Position numbers and translations under genes: made by a program. The notes below the pieces were generated by a model. The model did not search any database. It was not told the origin of the DNA and saw nothing but the letters and a program-made list of their open reading frames with translations. DNA of 35,912 nt from an uncultured Lachnospiraceae bacterium (lineage in GTDB: Bacteria > Bacillota > Clostridia > Lachnospirales > Lachnospiraceae). Positions 7,773 through 17,380 of this stretch are shown one piece after another (the stretch's first letter is position 1; the number at the start of each line of letters is the position of its first letter). The stretch is from the NCBI GenBank assembly GCA_944381475.1, contig CALWLH010000075.1, forward strand, positions 1 through 35,912, written 5' to 3'.

Positions 7773-7903
7773 TGCAGAAGAGAACGTTTTCTTATGATTC
7801 CCTGAGAATATACCATATACTCTGTCCTTTTGTAAAGTCTTTTATATCATCCGGAATGTCGCAAAACGGGAAAATTTTCTCAACGTAAAGGGCAGAAAAA
7901 AGA

Positions 7904-8881
7904 TCACCGAAGCAGCATGGACAGCAGCTCCTCCTTCACCTCATCCGGAGCAAAGGAGCACAGCACCGCGTTTTTTTGCATCAGCAGGATCTCCTCCTCC
8001 CTGACGGAACAATATCGAGTTAAAAAAAGAATTTCATCCGTCAGACTGGTCTGACTCACCGTACGGTTGTCTGTATTCAGGGTCACTAAAAGCTCCTGGT
8101 CCAAAAACTCACGGGCGGGATAAACGGCGCCCCATTTTACAGCACCGGTCTGGAAATTACTGATGGGACAAAGCTCCAGGCCAACCTGCTTTTTTCGGCA
8201 AAGCTCCTGCAGCTTCCTGCAGTTGTGCATGGCTATTCCGTGACCAATTCTTCTGGCTCCAAGAGCAAGGGCTGTTTTGATTTCCTCCGGACTGCCGCAT
8301 TCCCCTGCGTGAAGGGTAAATGGTATATTCTCTCTCCTGGCCTGCTCAAAAATATCCGCAAATCCCCGTGTGGGAAATCCGCTCTCATCCCCAGCCAGAT
8401 CCATACCGCAGACCCCCTCTCCCAGATACTCCTTTGCCTGGCGCACCACCCGCATATTCTGCTCCGGTCTGTGATGGCGCATGGCGCACAAAAGCACGCC
8501 GAAGCGAATGCCGAATTGCTTTTCTCCATCCCGAAGCCCCAAGATTACGCTTTCTGTCACATCCCGAAGAGATAGCTCTTCATGCTCCAGAAGTACCGGC
8601 GAGAAGCGCACCTCCGTGTAGATCACATGCTCCTTTGCCGCTGCTTCCATAAATCCCCTGGAGGCTTCACGAAGCCGCTCCTTTGTGTTCAGACAGGCAA
8701 TTGGAAGATCGAACTTTTTTAAATATTCTGTCAAACTTCCCCGATAGTCTCTGGGGACAGAGACTAATCTTTTTAATTCCTCTAAATGATCTATACCGGA
8801 TACCCGGCTCATAAATTCCAGGTTCAGGGAGCCATCCAGATGACAATGAAGCTCCACCTTTGGCATATTTTTCCAGTCCAT
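7904..8881 (-). CDS. add: Adenosine deaminase
   Basis: ORF 7904..8938, with the likely start Met20 (MDWKNMPKVELHCHLDGS) at 8881 behind GGGAGGG-N8. Hallmarks are ELHCHLDGS, HAGE and the metal-binding NTDN. Confidence 0.9.
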   Translation of the reverse strand: MDWKNMPKVELHCHLDGSLNLEFMSRVSGIDHLEELKRLVSVPRDYRGSLTEYLKKFDLPIACLNTKERLREASRGFMEAAAKEHVIYTEVRFSPVLLEHEELSLRDVTESVILGLRDGEKQFGIRFGVLLCAMRHHRPEQNMRVVRQAKEYLGEGVCGMDLAGDESGFPTRGFADIFEQARRENIPFTLHAGECGSPEEIKTALALGARRIGHGIAMHNCRKLQELCRKKQVGLELCPISNFQTGAVKWGAVYPAREFLDQELLVTLNTDNRTVSQTSLTDEILFLTRYCSVREEEILLMQKNAVLCSFAPDEVKEELLSMLLR

Positions 8882-8905
8882 TATATTTACCCTCCCAATT
8901 TTTTC

Positions 8906-8934
8906 ATTATAGTAAAAAACGGAACCCTGTGCAA
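8906..8934 (-). promoter_or_regulatory. Promoter for add (TTGCAC-N17-TATAAT), overlapping the upstream terminator
   Basis: Minus-strand -35 TTGCAC at 8929-8934, a 17-nt spacer, -10 TATAAT at 8906-8911. Confidence 0.5.
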
Positions 8935-8948
8935 GCACAGGCTCCGTT
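8919..8948 (-). terminator. Intrinsic terminator ending the decarboxylase operon (ACGGAGCCUGUGC-UUG-CACAGGGUUCCGU followed by UUUUUU)
   Basis: Inverted repeat on the plus strand, ggaaccctgtgc-aag-cacaggctcc, with a T-run on the minus strand. Confidence 0.6.
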
Positions 8949-9015
8949 TTTACACATATCTTTGTAATGCATTCGTTATTTTTAATCCGACAGCATCCGA
9001 TTCATGAAATTTCAG

Positions 9016-10428
9016 TTATACAGGATAAGCCTTGTTCTCTGTATCCGCAGCCTCCGGATCCACCTTTGTATTCTGAGCCTCACGATATTTAAAGAACTCT
9101 GTTGCCACTTGCGGGAACAGGGCGTAGGATAATACATCCTCATCCTGGGTCTTATACTGAGCCATCTCCTTCTCAAACTTTGCCAGGCCTGGCTCAAGCA
9201 GATCTGCGGGTCTGCAGGTAATGGGCTTCTTGTCCCCAATCACCTTCTTCTGAACCTCCGGGTTAAAGGGTTTTACGGTCTGGCCGTACTCACCGGACAG
9301 CAGAGCTTTTGTCTCCTTAGTCGCCACCTTGTAGCGCTCGCCCATAAGAACGTTAAATACAGCCTGCGTACCAACAATCTGAGAGGAGGGCGTTACAAGA
9401 GGGGGTTCTCCCATGTCCTTGCGCACCTCGGGGATCTCCTTCAATACATCGTAGTAACGGTCTTCCGCATTCTGCTCCTTTAACTGGCTGATAAGGTTGG
9501 AAAGCATTCCGCCGGGAACCTGGTACAGCAATGTCTTGATATTGACGCCCATCACCTTCGGGTTCAGCAGCCCATTCTTTAGGCACTCATCCCGCATGGG
9601 CTGGAAATAGTCAGCAATCTCAGCCAGCAGATTCTGATCCAGGCCGCTGTCATAGGGAGTATTCCTGAAGGTTTCAACCATCACCTCCGTTGCCGGCTGG
9701 CTGGTACCCATGGAGAAAGGACTCATGGCGGTATCGATCACATCTACACCTGCCTCAACAGCCTTTAGGTAGGTCATGGAAGCCACACCGGAGGTGTAGT
9801 GGGTGTGAAGCTGAATGGGAAGACTTGTGGCGCTCTTTAATGCCTGTACCAGCTCGGACGCCTGATAGGGAACAAGCAGACCTGCCATGTCCTTGATGCA
9901 GATGGAATGGGCTCCCATGTCCTCAATCTTCTTTGCCATCTCCATCCAATAGTCCAGCGTGTAGGCATCCCCCAGAGTATAAGACAAGGCCACCTGCGCA
10001 TGTCCCTTCTCCTTGATGGCAGCCTTTACTGCTGTCTCCAGATTTCTCATATCATTTAAACAGTCAAAAATCCGGATAATATCAATACCGTTTGCGATGG
10101 ACTTTTGTACAAAATATTCCACCACATCATCTGGATAATGGTTGTATCCCAGGATATTTTGTCCTCTGAACAGCATCTGAAGCTTTGTCTGCTTGAAGCC
10201 GTCGCGAAGCTTTCTCAGCCTCTCCCAGGGATCCTCCTTTAAGAAGCGGAGGGATGCGTCAAAGGTGGCGCCGCCCCAGCACTCTACGGAGTAATACCCC
10301 ACCTTATCCATCTTATCCACGATGGGAAGCATCTGCTCAGTGGTCATTCTGGTTGCGATCAGGGACTGATGCGCGTCACGCAGCACCGTCTCGGTGATCT
10401 TAATGGGTTTCTTTTCTATCTCAGCCAT
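9016..10428 (-). CDS. Biotin-less 5S-type carboxyltransferase subunit (OadA N-terminal domain / pyruvate carboxylase subunit B-like / transcarboxylase 5S-like)
   Basis: 470 aa starting MAEIEKKPIKITETVLRDAHQSLIATRMTTEQ behind AAGGAG. It has the TIM-barrel carboxyltransferase signatures VLRDAHQS and ICIKDMAGLL. There is no C-terminal biotinyl domain and no AMKM motif. Confidence 0.85.
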   Translation of the reverse strand: MAEIEKKPIKITETVLRDAHQSLIATRMTTEQMLPIVDKMDKVGYYSVECWGGATFDASLRFLKEDPWERLRKLRDGFKQTKLQMLFRGQNILGYNHYPDDVVEYFVQKSIANGIDIIRIFDCLNDMRNLETAVKAAIKEKGHAQVALSYTLGDAYTLDYWMEMAKKIEDMGAHSICIKDMAGLLVPYQASELVQALKSATSLPIQLHTHYTSGVASMTYLKAVEAGVDVIDTAMSPFSMGTSQPATEVMVETFRNTPYDSGLDQNLLAEIADYFQPMRDECLKNGLLNPKVMGVNIKTLLYQVPGGMLSNLISQLKEQNAEDRYYDVLKEIPEVRKDMGEPPLVTPSSQIVGTQAVFNVLMGERYKVATKETKALLSGEYGQTVKPFNPEVQKKVIGDKKPITCRPADLLEPGLAKFEKEMAQYKTQDEDVLSYALFPQVATEFFKYREAQNTKVDPEAADTENKAYPV

Positions 10429-10446
10429 GATTATTCTCCTTATCAG

Positions 10447-11598
10447 TTATTTAACGCCAAAGATCGCCATAAATGTACCGGCAACAACCGCTGTGCCGAT
10501 CACACCCGCCACATTGGGGCCCATGGCATGCATCAGCAGGAAATTTGTGGGGTCAGCCTCGGCGCCCACCTTCTGGGAAACACGGGCTGCCATAGGAACT
10601 GCCGACACACCGGCGGAGCCAATAAGAGGATTCACCTTCCCGTGGGTCGCCCAGCACATGATCTTTCCAAAGATCACGCCGGCCGCCGTACCGAAGGCGA
10701 AAGCGATCAGCCCCAGCCCGACGATCTTTAAAGTAGTTATATTCAGGAATGCCTCCGCACTGGTGGTTGCTCCTACAGAGGTGCCCAGCAGGATGACCAC
10801 GATATACATCAGGGCGTTGGAGGCCGTCTCCGTCAGCTGACGGACCACACCGGACTCCTTAAACAGATTACCCAGCATGAGCATACCGATCAAGGGCGCC
10901 GTGGAGGGCAGAATCAGCGAAACAATAACAGTTACAATGATGGGGAAAAGAATCTTCTCCAGCTTGCTTACCGGGCGAAGCTGCTCCATCTTGATTTTTC
11001 GCTCCTTCTCCGTGGTGAGAGCCTTCATGATCGGGGGCTGTATAAAGGGCACCAGAGCCATGTAGGAATAGGCCGCTACGGCGATGGGGCCCATGATATC
11101 AGTCTGTCCCAGCTTTCCCGCCAAAAAGATGGATGTGGGGCCGTCCGCGCCGCCGATGATGGAAATAGCGGCCGCCGCCTTGGCATCAAACCCCAGAAGC
11201 AGCGCGCCGATGTATGCCGCAAAGATACCAAACTGGGCGGCAGCTCCCAAAAGGAAGCTGGAGGGGTTTGCGATCAGGGGACCGAAATCCGTCATGGCGC
11301 CTACGCCCATGAAGATCAGGGGCGGAAGGATGGACCACTCGTCCAGCAGGTAAAAATAGCGGAGCAAGCCTGCGGCATGCTCAATGCCGTTTTCATCCAC
11401 ATAGGCCTCCGCCATGATGTCCGGGAAAATATTTACCAGCAGCATACCAAAGGAGATGGGCACCAAAAGCAGGGGTTCAAAGTCCTTGGCAATGGCCAGA
11501 TACAAAAAGCTGAACGCCACCAGGATCATCAGGCAATTTCCCCAGGTCAGGGAAACAAAGGCTGTCTGCTGCAGAAGGTTGTTTAAAATTTCTAACAT
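10447..11598 (-). CDS. Na+-translocating decarboxylase beta subunit (OadB/MmdB/GcdB family integral membrane protein)
   Basis: ORF 10447..11634, with the likely start Met13 ([14 protein letters not shown]) at 11598 behind AAAGAGGUAAAU. It is polytopic and matches this family throughout ([27 protein letters not shown]). Confidence 0.88.
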   Translation of the reverse strand: MLEILNNLLQQTAFVSLTWGNCLMILVAFSFLYLAIAKDFEPLLLVPISFGMLLVNIFPDIMAEAYVDENGIEHAAGLLRYFYLLDEWSILPPLIFMGVGAMTDFGPLIANPSSFLLGAAAQFGIFAAYIGALLLGFDAKAAAAISIIGGADGPTSIFLAGKLGQTDIMGPIAVAAYSYMALVPFIQPPIMKALTTEKERKIKMEQLRPVSKLEKILFPIIVTVIVSLILPSTAPLIGMLMLGNLFKESGVVRQLTETASNALMYIVVILLGTSVGATTSAEAFLNITTLKIVGLGLIAFAFGTAAGVIFGKIMCWATHGKVNPLIGSAGVSAVPMAARVSQKVGAEADPTNFLLMHAMGPNVAGVIGTAVVAGTFMAIFGVK

Positions 11599-11704
11599 AT
11601 TTACCTCTTTCCGACGCACGGGCTGCGTCATCATGGTAGATTTGGAAGTTTACTTCCAAATTTGTAACCTCCAAGCTTTTCTTAAGCCAATTGTAATTTT
11701 AAAA

Positions 11705-12121
11705 TTAGTTCAGAGTTGCCAGAACCGCACCCTGGTTCACAGAATCGCCGACCTTGCAGTCGATACTTGCCACCGTTCCGTCCTGAGGAGCGACTACAGG
11801 AATCTCCATCTTCATGGCCTCAAGAATCACTACCGGGTCTCCAGCCTTTACAGCCTGGCCAACGCCTGCCTCCACCTTGAATATTTTTCCTGCCGCGCCA
11901 GCAGTGATCTTTACAGAGCCGGCTGCTGCGGGTGCGGCGGGAGCCGCCTTGGGTGCCGGAGCAGCTGCCTTAGGCGCTGCGGGGGCTGCCTTAGGCGCCG
12001 CAGGCGCTGCGGGCGCTGGCTTGGGCGCAGGTGCTGCAGTCACAGGCGCTGCTCCTCCGGAAACCTCCTCCACGGATACCTCATATTCCACGCCATTTAC
12101 AGTAATAATATAATTCTTCAT
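11705..12121 (-). CDS. Biotin carboxyl carrier subunit (MmdC/GcdC/1.3S-like) with an Ala/Pro-rich linker
   Basis: 138 aa with the biotinylation motif EAMKMEIPVVAP near the C-terminus and a long (AP)n linker. RBS AAAGGAG. Confidence 0.85.
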   Translation of the reverse strand: MKNYIITVNGVEYEVSVEEVSGGAAPVTAAPAPKPAPAAPAAPKAAPAAPKAAAPAPKAAPAAPAAAGSVKITAGAAGKIFKVEAGVGQAVKAGDPVVILEAMKMEIPVVAPQDGTVASIDCKVGDSVNQGAVLATLN

Positions 12122-12161
12122 GATACTCCTTTCATGCCTTTATGCATATGGGTTTTATAGT

Positions 12162-12488
12162 CTATCTCTTCCAGTGATTTCCACTTCTTCTCTTAATGGA
12201 ACGCACAACAAAGCCATCTGTGGCTGTGGTTCCCATGGCGGCTGCCACCGCCGCCGTGATCACTGCAATCAGCTCCAGGTCATCCGACGCCTCCACGGCC
12301 TCCTCCTCCACAGGTGCTGCAGCAGGAGCAGGGGAAGGTGTGGGTGCAGGTACAGATGCTCCTGCGCCGCCAGCTCCCGGAAGATATTTCATCAGGGAGA
12401 TGAGCAGACTGATCACAATCAAAACAGCAAACGTAATACCCATACCAAGCAAAGTATGAGTCAATGCCGTCTCTAATATTTCTTCCAT
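12162..12488 (-). CDS. OadG-like small membrane-anchor subunit (MmdD/GcdD/OadG family) with an Ala/Pro-rich linker
   Basis: 108 aa: one N-terminal TM helix (GMGITFAVLIVISLLISLM), an AP-rich linker, then a short C-terminal segment. The architecture matches OadG gamma-chain proteins. Confidence 0.6.
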   Translation of the reverse strand: MEEILETALTHTLLGMGITFAVLIVISLLISLMKYLPGAGGAGASVPAPTPSPAPAAAPVEEEAVEASDDLELIAVITAAVAAAMGTTATDGFVVRSIKRRSGNHWKR

Positions 12489-12548
12489 AATCTACACCAG
12501 GCCAGTATTCTGGCCATTCCTTTCCTAGATAAAATGCCGGATGATCAA

Positions 12549-14003
12549 TTACAGAATCGCGCTGTGCTTCTTTGCAGGCTTTTCTTCCCTCTTGGTAAAC
12601 AGCATCTCAAAGGCTGCGATCAGGTTTTTTCTTGTTTCTGCCGGATCGATGATGGCGTCCACATACCCTCGCCGCGCCGCACTGTCTGCGCTGGACTGAA
12701 GAGCCTTATACTCCTCCGCCTTTTTGCCGATCAATGCTACTGCATCCTGGGAAGCCTTGATCTCGTCCGCATAGATAATCTTGGCTGCTGCCGTGGCATC
12801 CATCATGCCGATGGCAACATGGGGCCATGCAAAGGTCAAATCTGCGCCGATGGCCTTGGAATTCATGATCACATAAGGGGTTCCATAGGTATCTCCAACA
12901 ATCACATTGACCTTCGCAACAGTGGCGTCTGCCAGAGTCTTTGTCAGGGATGCCGCAGCCTTTGCCACGCGCTTTTCCTGACACTTGCAGGTCTTAAAGC
13001 CCGTTGCAGCAGTGAGGGTCAGAACAGGAATGTCAAAGGCATCACAGAAACGTACAAAGCCTGCCGCCTTCTCACAGCCCTGGGCTGTGAGAACAGTTTC
13101 AAACTTTTCTGCCTCATCACCCTTCTCATCATAGATGGCGCTTCTATTTGCAACAGCTCCAACCGTCTGTCCATTCAAACGGATAAAGCCGCATACCATT
13201 TCCTTTGCATAATCCGGCTTGATTTCAAAAAAGGAAAAATTGTCAGAAAGCTGAGTCAGGACATAGCTTGCATCCTTTGCACCGTTTTCAATCCCCTCTG
13301 TCAGGCGATTCAGATCATCTGCCGTCTCAGAATAGGACATGTTATCCTCGAAATTTTCCGGAATCAGACTAATCAGCTCACGGATCTTGTCCATGATCTC
13401 TTCCTCTGTTCCTGAAAAATCCACTGAACCGGCTTCCTCACACTGGAACTTTGCGCTGGAGGTGTCGCACTGGTCAGCTCGGTTTCCATCCAGGGTGTTG
13501 GGGGCATTCACAAACAGCTTGCCCTTTGTCTCCATAAACGTAAAATCCGTCAAGGCAGGAACCAGGGCCATGCCGCCGCCGCAGCTGCCAAACACCGCTG
13601 TAATCTGAGGAATCACGCCGGATGCATTCACCTGATCAAGGTACAGTGCGCCAAATGCATTTAAAGCATCTGTTGCTTCCTGCAGTCTCAGGCCAGCACA
13701 ATCAATAAAACCAATCACAGGCGCACCCATCTTCATGGCCATGCTGTAAATACCGGAAATCTTCTTTGCATGCATCTCACCCATGGTGCCGCCGAGAACG
13801 GACGCATCCTGGCTGTAGATATAAACCAGTGCTCCGTCGATGGTGCCGTAGCCTGTAATGACGCCGTCCGCCGGCTGCTTTTTTGCAGTCATATTGAAAT
13901 CTGTGGAGCGCGCAATCACACTTCCACCCAGCTCAACAAAACTGCCCTCATCAAGCAAGCTTTCTATGCGCTTACCTGCTGATGTAAGTGCTGTAGTACT
14001 CAT
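12549..14003 (-). CDS. Acyl-CoA carboxyltransferase 12S-type subunit (methylmalonyl-CoA decarboxylase alpha / propionyl-CoA carboxylase beta family)
   Basis: 484 aa starting MSTTALTSAGKRIESLLDEGSFVELGG, a typical N-terminus for this family. Crotonase-like carboxyltransferase motifs are present (GGAYG-like, VANRSAIYDEKG). RBS GGAGGACUUGAA. Confidence 0.85.
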   Translation of the reverse strand: MSTTALTSAGKRIESLLDEGSFVELGGSVIARSTDFNMTAKKQPADGVITGYGTIDGALVYIYSQDASVLGGTMGEMHAKKISGIYSMAMKMGAPVIGFIDCAGLRLQEATDALNAFGALYLDQVNASGVIPQITAVFGSCGGGMALVPALTDFTFMETKGKLFVNAPNTLDGNRADQCDTSSAKFQCEEAGSVDFSGTEEEIMDKIRELISLIPENFEDNMSYSETADDLNRLTEGIENGAKDASYVLTQLSDNFSFFEIKPDYAKEMVCGFIRLNGQTVGAVANRSAIYDEKGDEAEKFETVLTAQGCEKAAGFVRFCDAFDIPVLTLTAATGFKTCKCQEKRVAKAAASLTKTLADATVAKVNVIVGDTYGTPYVIMNSKAIGADLTFAWPHVAIGMMDATAAAKIIYADEIKASQDAVALIGKKAEEYKALQSSADSAARRGYVDAIIDPAETRKNLIAAFEMLFTKREEKPAKKHSAIL

Positions 14004-14066
14004 TTCAAGTCCTCCATCATGTTGATTAAAATGATATCGATTTTAAAACAAAATAAACCATCTATC

Positions 14067-14095
14067 ATTCTAATACGAATGCGCACTTTTGGCAA
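14067..14095 (-). promoter_or_regulatory. Putative promoter of the decarboxylase operon (TTGCCA-N17-TAGAAT)
   Basis: Minus-strand -35 TTGCCA at 14090-14095 and -10 TAGAAT at 14067-14072, with a 17-nt spacer. Confidence 0.45.
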
Positions 14096-14232
14096 CCACT
14101 TTTTCTAAATTATTTTTCCTCCTTCTGAAAATAAAGAAACGATCCGCTGATTTTAAAAAATCTCCAGATCGTTTCCATCCGTATTACTTTAATATTCCTA
14201 CTTTAATTCTTACACTTATTCCCTATGTTTCT

Positions 14233-16482
14233 TTATATAAACCGCCCCAAAATAAAGGGCATCAGCAGGATATACCTGCAAAAACTGATGCCGAGAAGCG
14301 CAAAGCAGACGGGCACCACCGTTACCCCAAAAGCCACTCCAAAGGACAGCACAAAGCTTTTTAACTTTGATACCACCAGTTCACACAGCCCCATAATCAG
14401 CAGTATTCCCAGAAATCTTGTGAGATACATAAAAACCAGATATGCGCCGATGCTGATAAAAGAGGGGACAGCCGCCAGATGCTCCATGCTGTAGGCCGGC
14501 GCGCTTAAGGCATGAAACCCATAGAGCCGATAAACCTCGAAAAGCTGGGGAAGCCAGAACACGCCCCATATAGCCAAGGACAGCACCACCCCGATCCCAG
14601 ATACCTGAAGCTGTCTCCGTCCCCGTCCATTTTCAGTGGTTCGCAGTAAACGCACCTCATTGCTCTGATGATCCACACCAAAAACCGCCACAAAGACAAT
14701 GCTGCTGACCAACGCTACAAAAAAGCTGGTGCGCAGATCGGACTGAGTATAACGCTCATCTCCTCCGGTGAGCAGCTCATATCCGGTACTATCCAAATAC
14801 CAGCTGCCCTTTTTTGCGGCCAGATAATCTCCATGCTCCTTTAGGGCGTTTATGGCCTGAAGGGAATACTGAATGCTTATAAGTCTGTTTTCCTGCCCCT
14901 CCTGGCCAGATATTTCCGAATAAATCTGCTCATAGCCATCCTCTAATTTTTCCCAGTAGTATGGATCGATTTTATCCGCCCTCCCGCTCACCTGTCCTAT
15001 CATCTCCCTATAAACAATGGTTACCATATCACTGTCTGCACTTACAGGCTTATATGAGACAAGATATGCCCCGGCGCCGATGAGGAGAATAAGAAGCGCC
15101 TTGCTGGTAAGAAGGGCCTTCACGCTCTCATGAAGCAGTGAGCAGGTATGGGAGCCGGGGTATATTTTCAAGAGCCTCCTGACGCGGCTAAAGAGCATAA
15201 GCCTCCTGTTTTCCCGCTCACGAGTGCGGGAAAAGGCAAAAACCGCCAGGGCTGAGAAAAGTCCAAGGAGCAGTAAGGCTTCCAAAAGGCTAAACCACAG
15301 CCTGTCCACAGGAAAATTTCCTACCCGTATGGTTCCATATGCTCCAAGGATTTCCTCCGTTCTGCTTAGTCCCATAAATGAAGTATGTTTAAGCGTCAGC
15401 AGGTTAGAGGTGTTTGAAATATTCTCATACAGCGCAACGGACAGGACGATCACCGAAAAAATCACGGAAACCACATATATGGAGCGTCTGAAAATGCAAC
15501 TGACAAAATACATGGCACTTGCACAGACACAATAAAACAAAAAGCGGGCCAGGAAATTAAATGCCAGGAACTCACCCACGTTCAGCTTCAGCACACAGCC
15601 CTGATACCCGTACACAGACTGGATACTTCTGTGAAGCGCCCCCAAGCCGTATAGCTCGCCGCCCACAAGAAGGGATTCCATATGTAAAAGCATCATCAAA
15701 AGGCAGGTAAGATACAAAAGCAAAAGCTTACAAACCCCAAGTCTTTCCCGCCCCTCCTTCGTTGACTTTACCAACATCAAAAGGTTCTTCTCCCGCTCCG
15801 TTGTGACCAGCATTAAAACCACCAGCATGATAAAAAACAGCGCAAAGATGTCTGTAATCCTGTTTTCTAAGACAAGGCATATTCCCCTGGAGGGTCCAAT
15901 GTCCGTCTTTACATCTGTCATTCTTCCATAGGCTTTGAGAATATCCTCAAAATTTCTGATTGCGTAGCCGGAAGAATAGAGTGAGCTCATTCCTTCCTGA
16001 GCCCTTTTTAATGCTCCTTCTGTATTTTCCAAAATACCGCTGATATACTGCGAATAGCCCATGCTGGCATCCAGCTCTCCCATCACCTCCCTGTAAAGCA
16101 TCACCTCCTCCCGTAAGGTGGAGGTATATTTCAAATACGAGCCGGTCTGATAGATGAGAAGCAATTCACTGTAAGTTTTCTCATCCAGCCCCAAACTAAG
16201 CCAGGGTTCCTGGTCAAACCCTCCAAAGCGCTCCATGATATCAATGTCATCCATAATATTGATTAATTCGCTTTGGTCCAAACAGTATGCGTATGCCTCC
16301 TCCACGGAATAACCCTTAAGCTCCTCCCAGAGCCTTTTGTAGCCTGCTGGCTTTGACTGGCTGCTTATCGTTTTCTCCATCTCACTCACATACAGCAGCA
16401 CACCATTTAGTACGACTGTGAGTACGAGCATCAGCAAAAGCAGAGGCTTTAAAAAAAGCTTTGTACATTCTCTCCCAAACAT
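14233..16482 (-). CDS. Large polytopic ABC-transporter permease (~10-11 TM helices, two extracytoplasmic domains)
   Basis: 749 aa. TM1 is followed by a ~180-aa loop, a cluster of 5 TM helices, another TM helix, a ~150-aa loop and 4 more TM helices. Its start lies 40 nt downstream of the ATPase stop behind GGAGAGGG, so the two are coupled. Confidence 0.75.
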   Translation of the reverse strand: MFGRECTKLFLKPLLLLMLVLTVVLNGVLLYVSEMEKTISSQSKPAGYKRLWEELKGYSVEEAYAYCLDQSELINIMDDIDIMERFGGFDQEPWLSLGLDEKTYSELLLIYQTGSYLKYTSTLREEVMLYREVMGELDASMGYSQYISGILENTEGALKRAQEGMSSLYSSGYAIRNFEDILKAYGRMTDVKTDIGPSRGICLVLENRITDIFALFFIMLVVLMLVTTEREKNLLMLVKSTKEGRERLGVCKLLLLYLTCLLMMLLHMESLLVGGELYGLGALHRSIQSVYGYQGCVLKLNVGEFLAFNFLARFLFYCVCASAMYFVSCIFRRSIYVVSVIFSVIVLSVALYENISNTSNLLTLKHTSFMGLSRTEEILGAYGTIRVGNFPVDRLWFSLLEALLLLGLFSALAVFAFSRTRERENRRLMLFSRVRRLLKIYPGSHTCSLLHESVKALLTSKALLILLIGAGAYLVSYKPVSADSDMVTIVYREMIGQVSGRADKIDPYYWEKLEDGYEQIYSEISGQEGQENRLISIQYSLQAINALKEHGDYLAAKKGSWYLDSTGYELLTGGDERYTQSDLRTSFFVALVSSIVFVAVFGVDHQSNEVRLLRTTENGRGRRQLQVSGIGVVLSLAIWGVFWLPQLFEVYRLYGFHALSAPAYSMEHLAAVPSFISIGAYLVFMYLTRFLGILLIMGLCELVVSKLKSFVLSFGVAFGVTVVPVCFALLGISFCRYILLMPFILGRFI

Positions 16483-16522
16483 ACCCTCTCCTATTCAAAC
16501 AAAAGGTGTTTTGACCCTGATA

Positions 16523-17380
16523 TCATTCAAATAGCTCTAGATACAGATCCTCCAGGCTTGGGCTTACACTGACCGCCCCCTGGGGTGCGCTGTCTGAAAT
16601 CAGCCTGATCCGCACGCCCTCTGCCTCACTGCTCATATTGCTGCACTTATACCGTTCCTCCACAGCCAGCACCTCCTCGGGGGCTATATACAATTCGAAC
16701 ACCCTGCCTTCCATCTCCCAACAAAGCTCCGCCACACTTCCAGAACGCAGCAGCGTCCCTTCCTTAAGAAACAAAACCTCCTTGGAAATAAATTCAATAT
16801 CCGAAACCACATGGGTGGATATAAGAACAATCTTATCCCTGGCCACACTGGAAATCAAATTTCTGATGCGGATGCGCTCCTTTGGATCAAGCCCGGCAGT
16901 GGGCTCATCTAAAACCAAAAGATCCGGATCACCTATAAGAGCCTGGGCGATGAGCGCCCGCTGCTTCATGCCCCCGGAAAGATGACCCATCAGCATACCA
17001 CGTTTATCAGACATATTGACCCTTTCCAGGACCTCTGCGATCTGTCTGTCCGCCTTTTTCTTATTCATTCCCTTCAGGGAGGCCATGTAATAGAGAAACC
17101 TGTTCAATGTGAGTTCCCCATAGACCCCCTGGTGCTGGGGCATATATCCGATATGGGCCCGGTAAGCCTTTTTTAATTTTCTAATATCTCTTCCATCAAA
17201 AAACACCGTTCCGCTGCTCTGCTTCAGATTGTCCGTGATGATGTTCATCATGGTGGATTTTCCTGCTCCATTGGGTCCTAAAATCCCGTAAACCCCAGGG
17301 GTAAACGTGAAGCTGAAATCCTTCAGCGCCTGCACCGTCTTGTAATTCTTTGAGATGTCTCTAAGTTCTAACTCACTCAT
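16523..17380 (-). CDS. ABC transporter ATP-binding protein
   Basis: Walker A GPNGAGKST, signature LSGGMKQR, Walker B LLVLDEPTAGLD. The start overlaps the end of the upstream lipoprotein gene by 8 nt. Confidence 0.9.
   Translation of the reverse strand: MSELELRDISKNYKTVQALKDFSFTFTPGVYGILGPNGAGKSTMMNIITDNLKQSSGTVFFDGRDIRKLKKAYRAHIGYMPQHQGVYGELTLNRFLYYMASLKGMNKKKADRQIAEVLERVNMSDKRGMLMGHLSGGMKQRALIAQALIGDPDLLVLDEPTAGLDPKERIRIRNLISSVARDKIVLISTHVVSDIEFISKEVLFLKEGTLLRSGSVAELCWEMEGRVFELYIAPEEVLAVEERYKCSNMSSEAEGVRIRLISDSAPQGAVSVSPSLEDLYLELFE

Noticed and set aside
11800-12100. Repetitive GCNGCNCCN tracts that look like tandem repeats or a possible CRISPR-like periodicity
   Set aside because: They lie inside the biotin-carrier CDS and encode its Ala/Pro linker. 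There are no spacer/repeat alternation and no cas genes. No CRISPR array is present in the window.
11414-13415. Long plus-strand ORFs (248 aa and 293 aa) overlapping the biotin carrier and 12S carboxyltransferase genes
   Set aside because: They are antisense shadows of strongly supported genes. Their translations are dominated by Cys/Arg/Gly repeats, the mirror image of the Ala/Pro linker codons.
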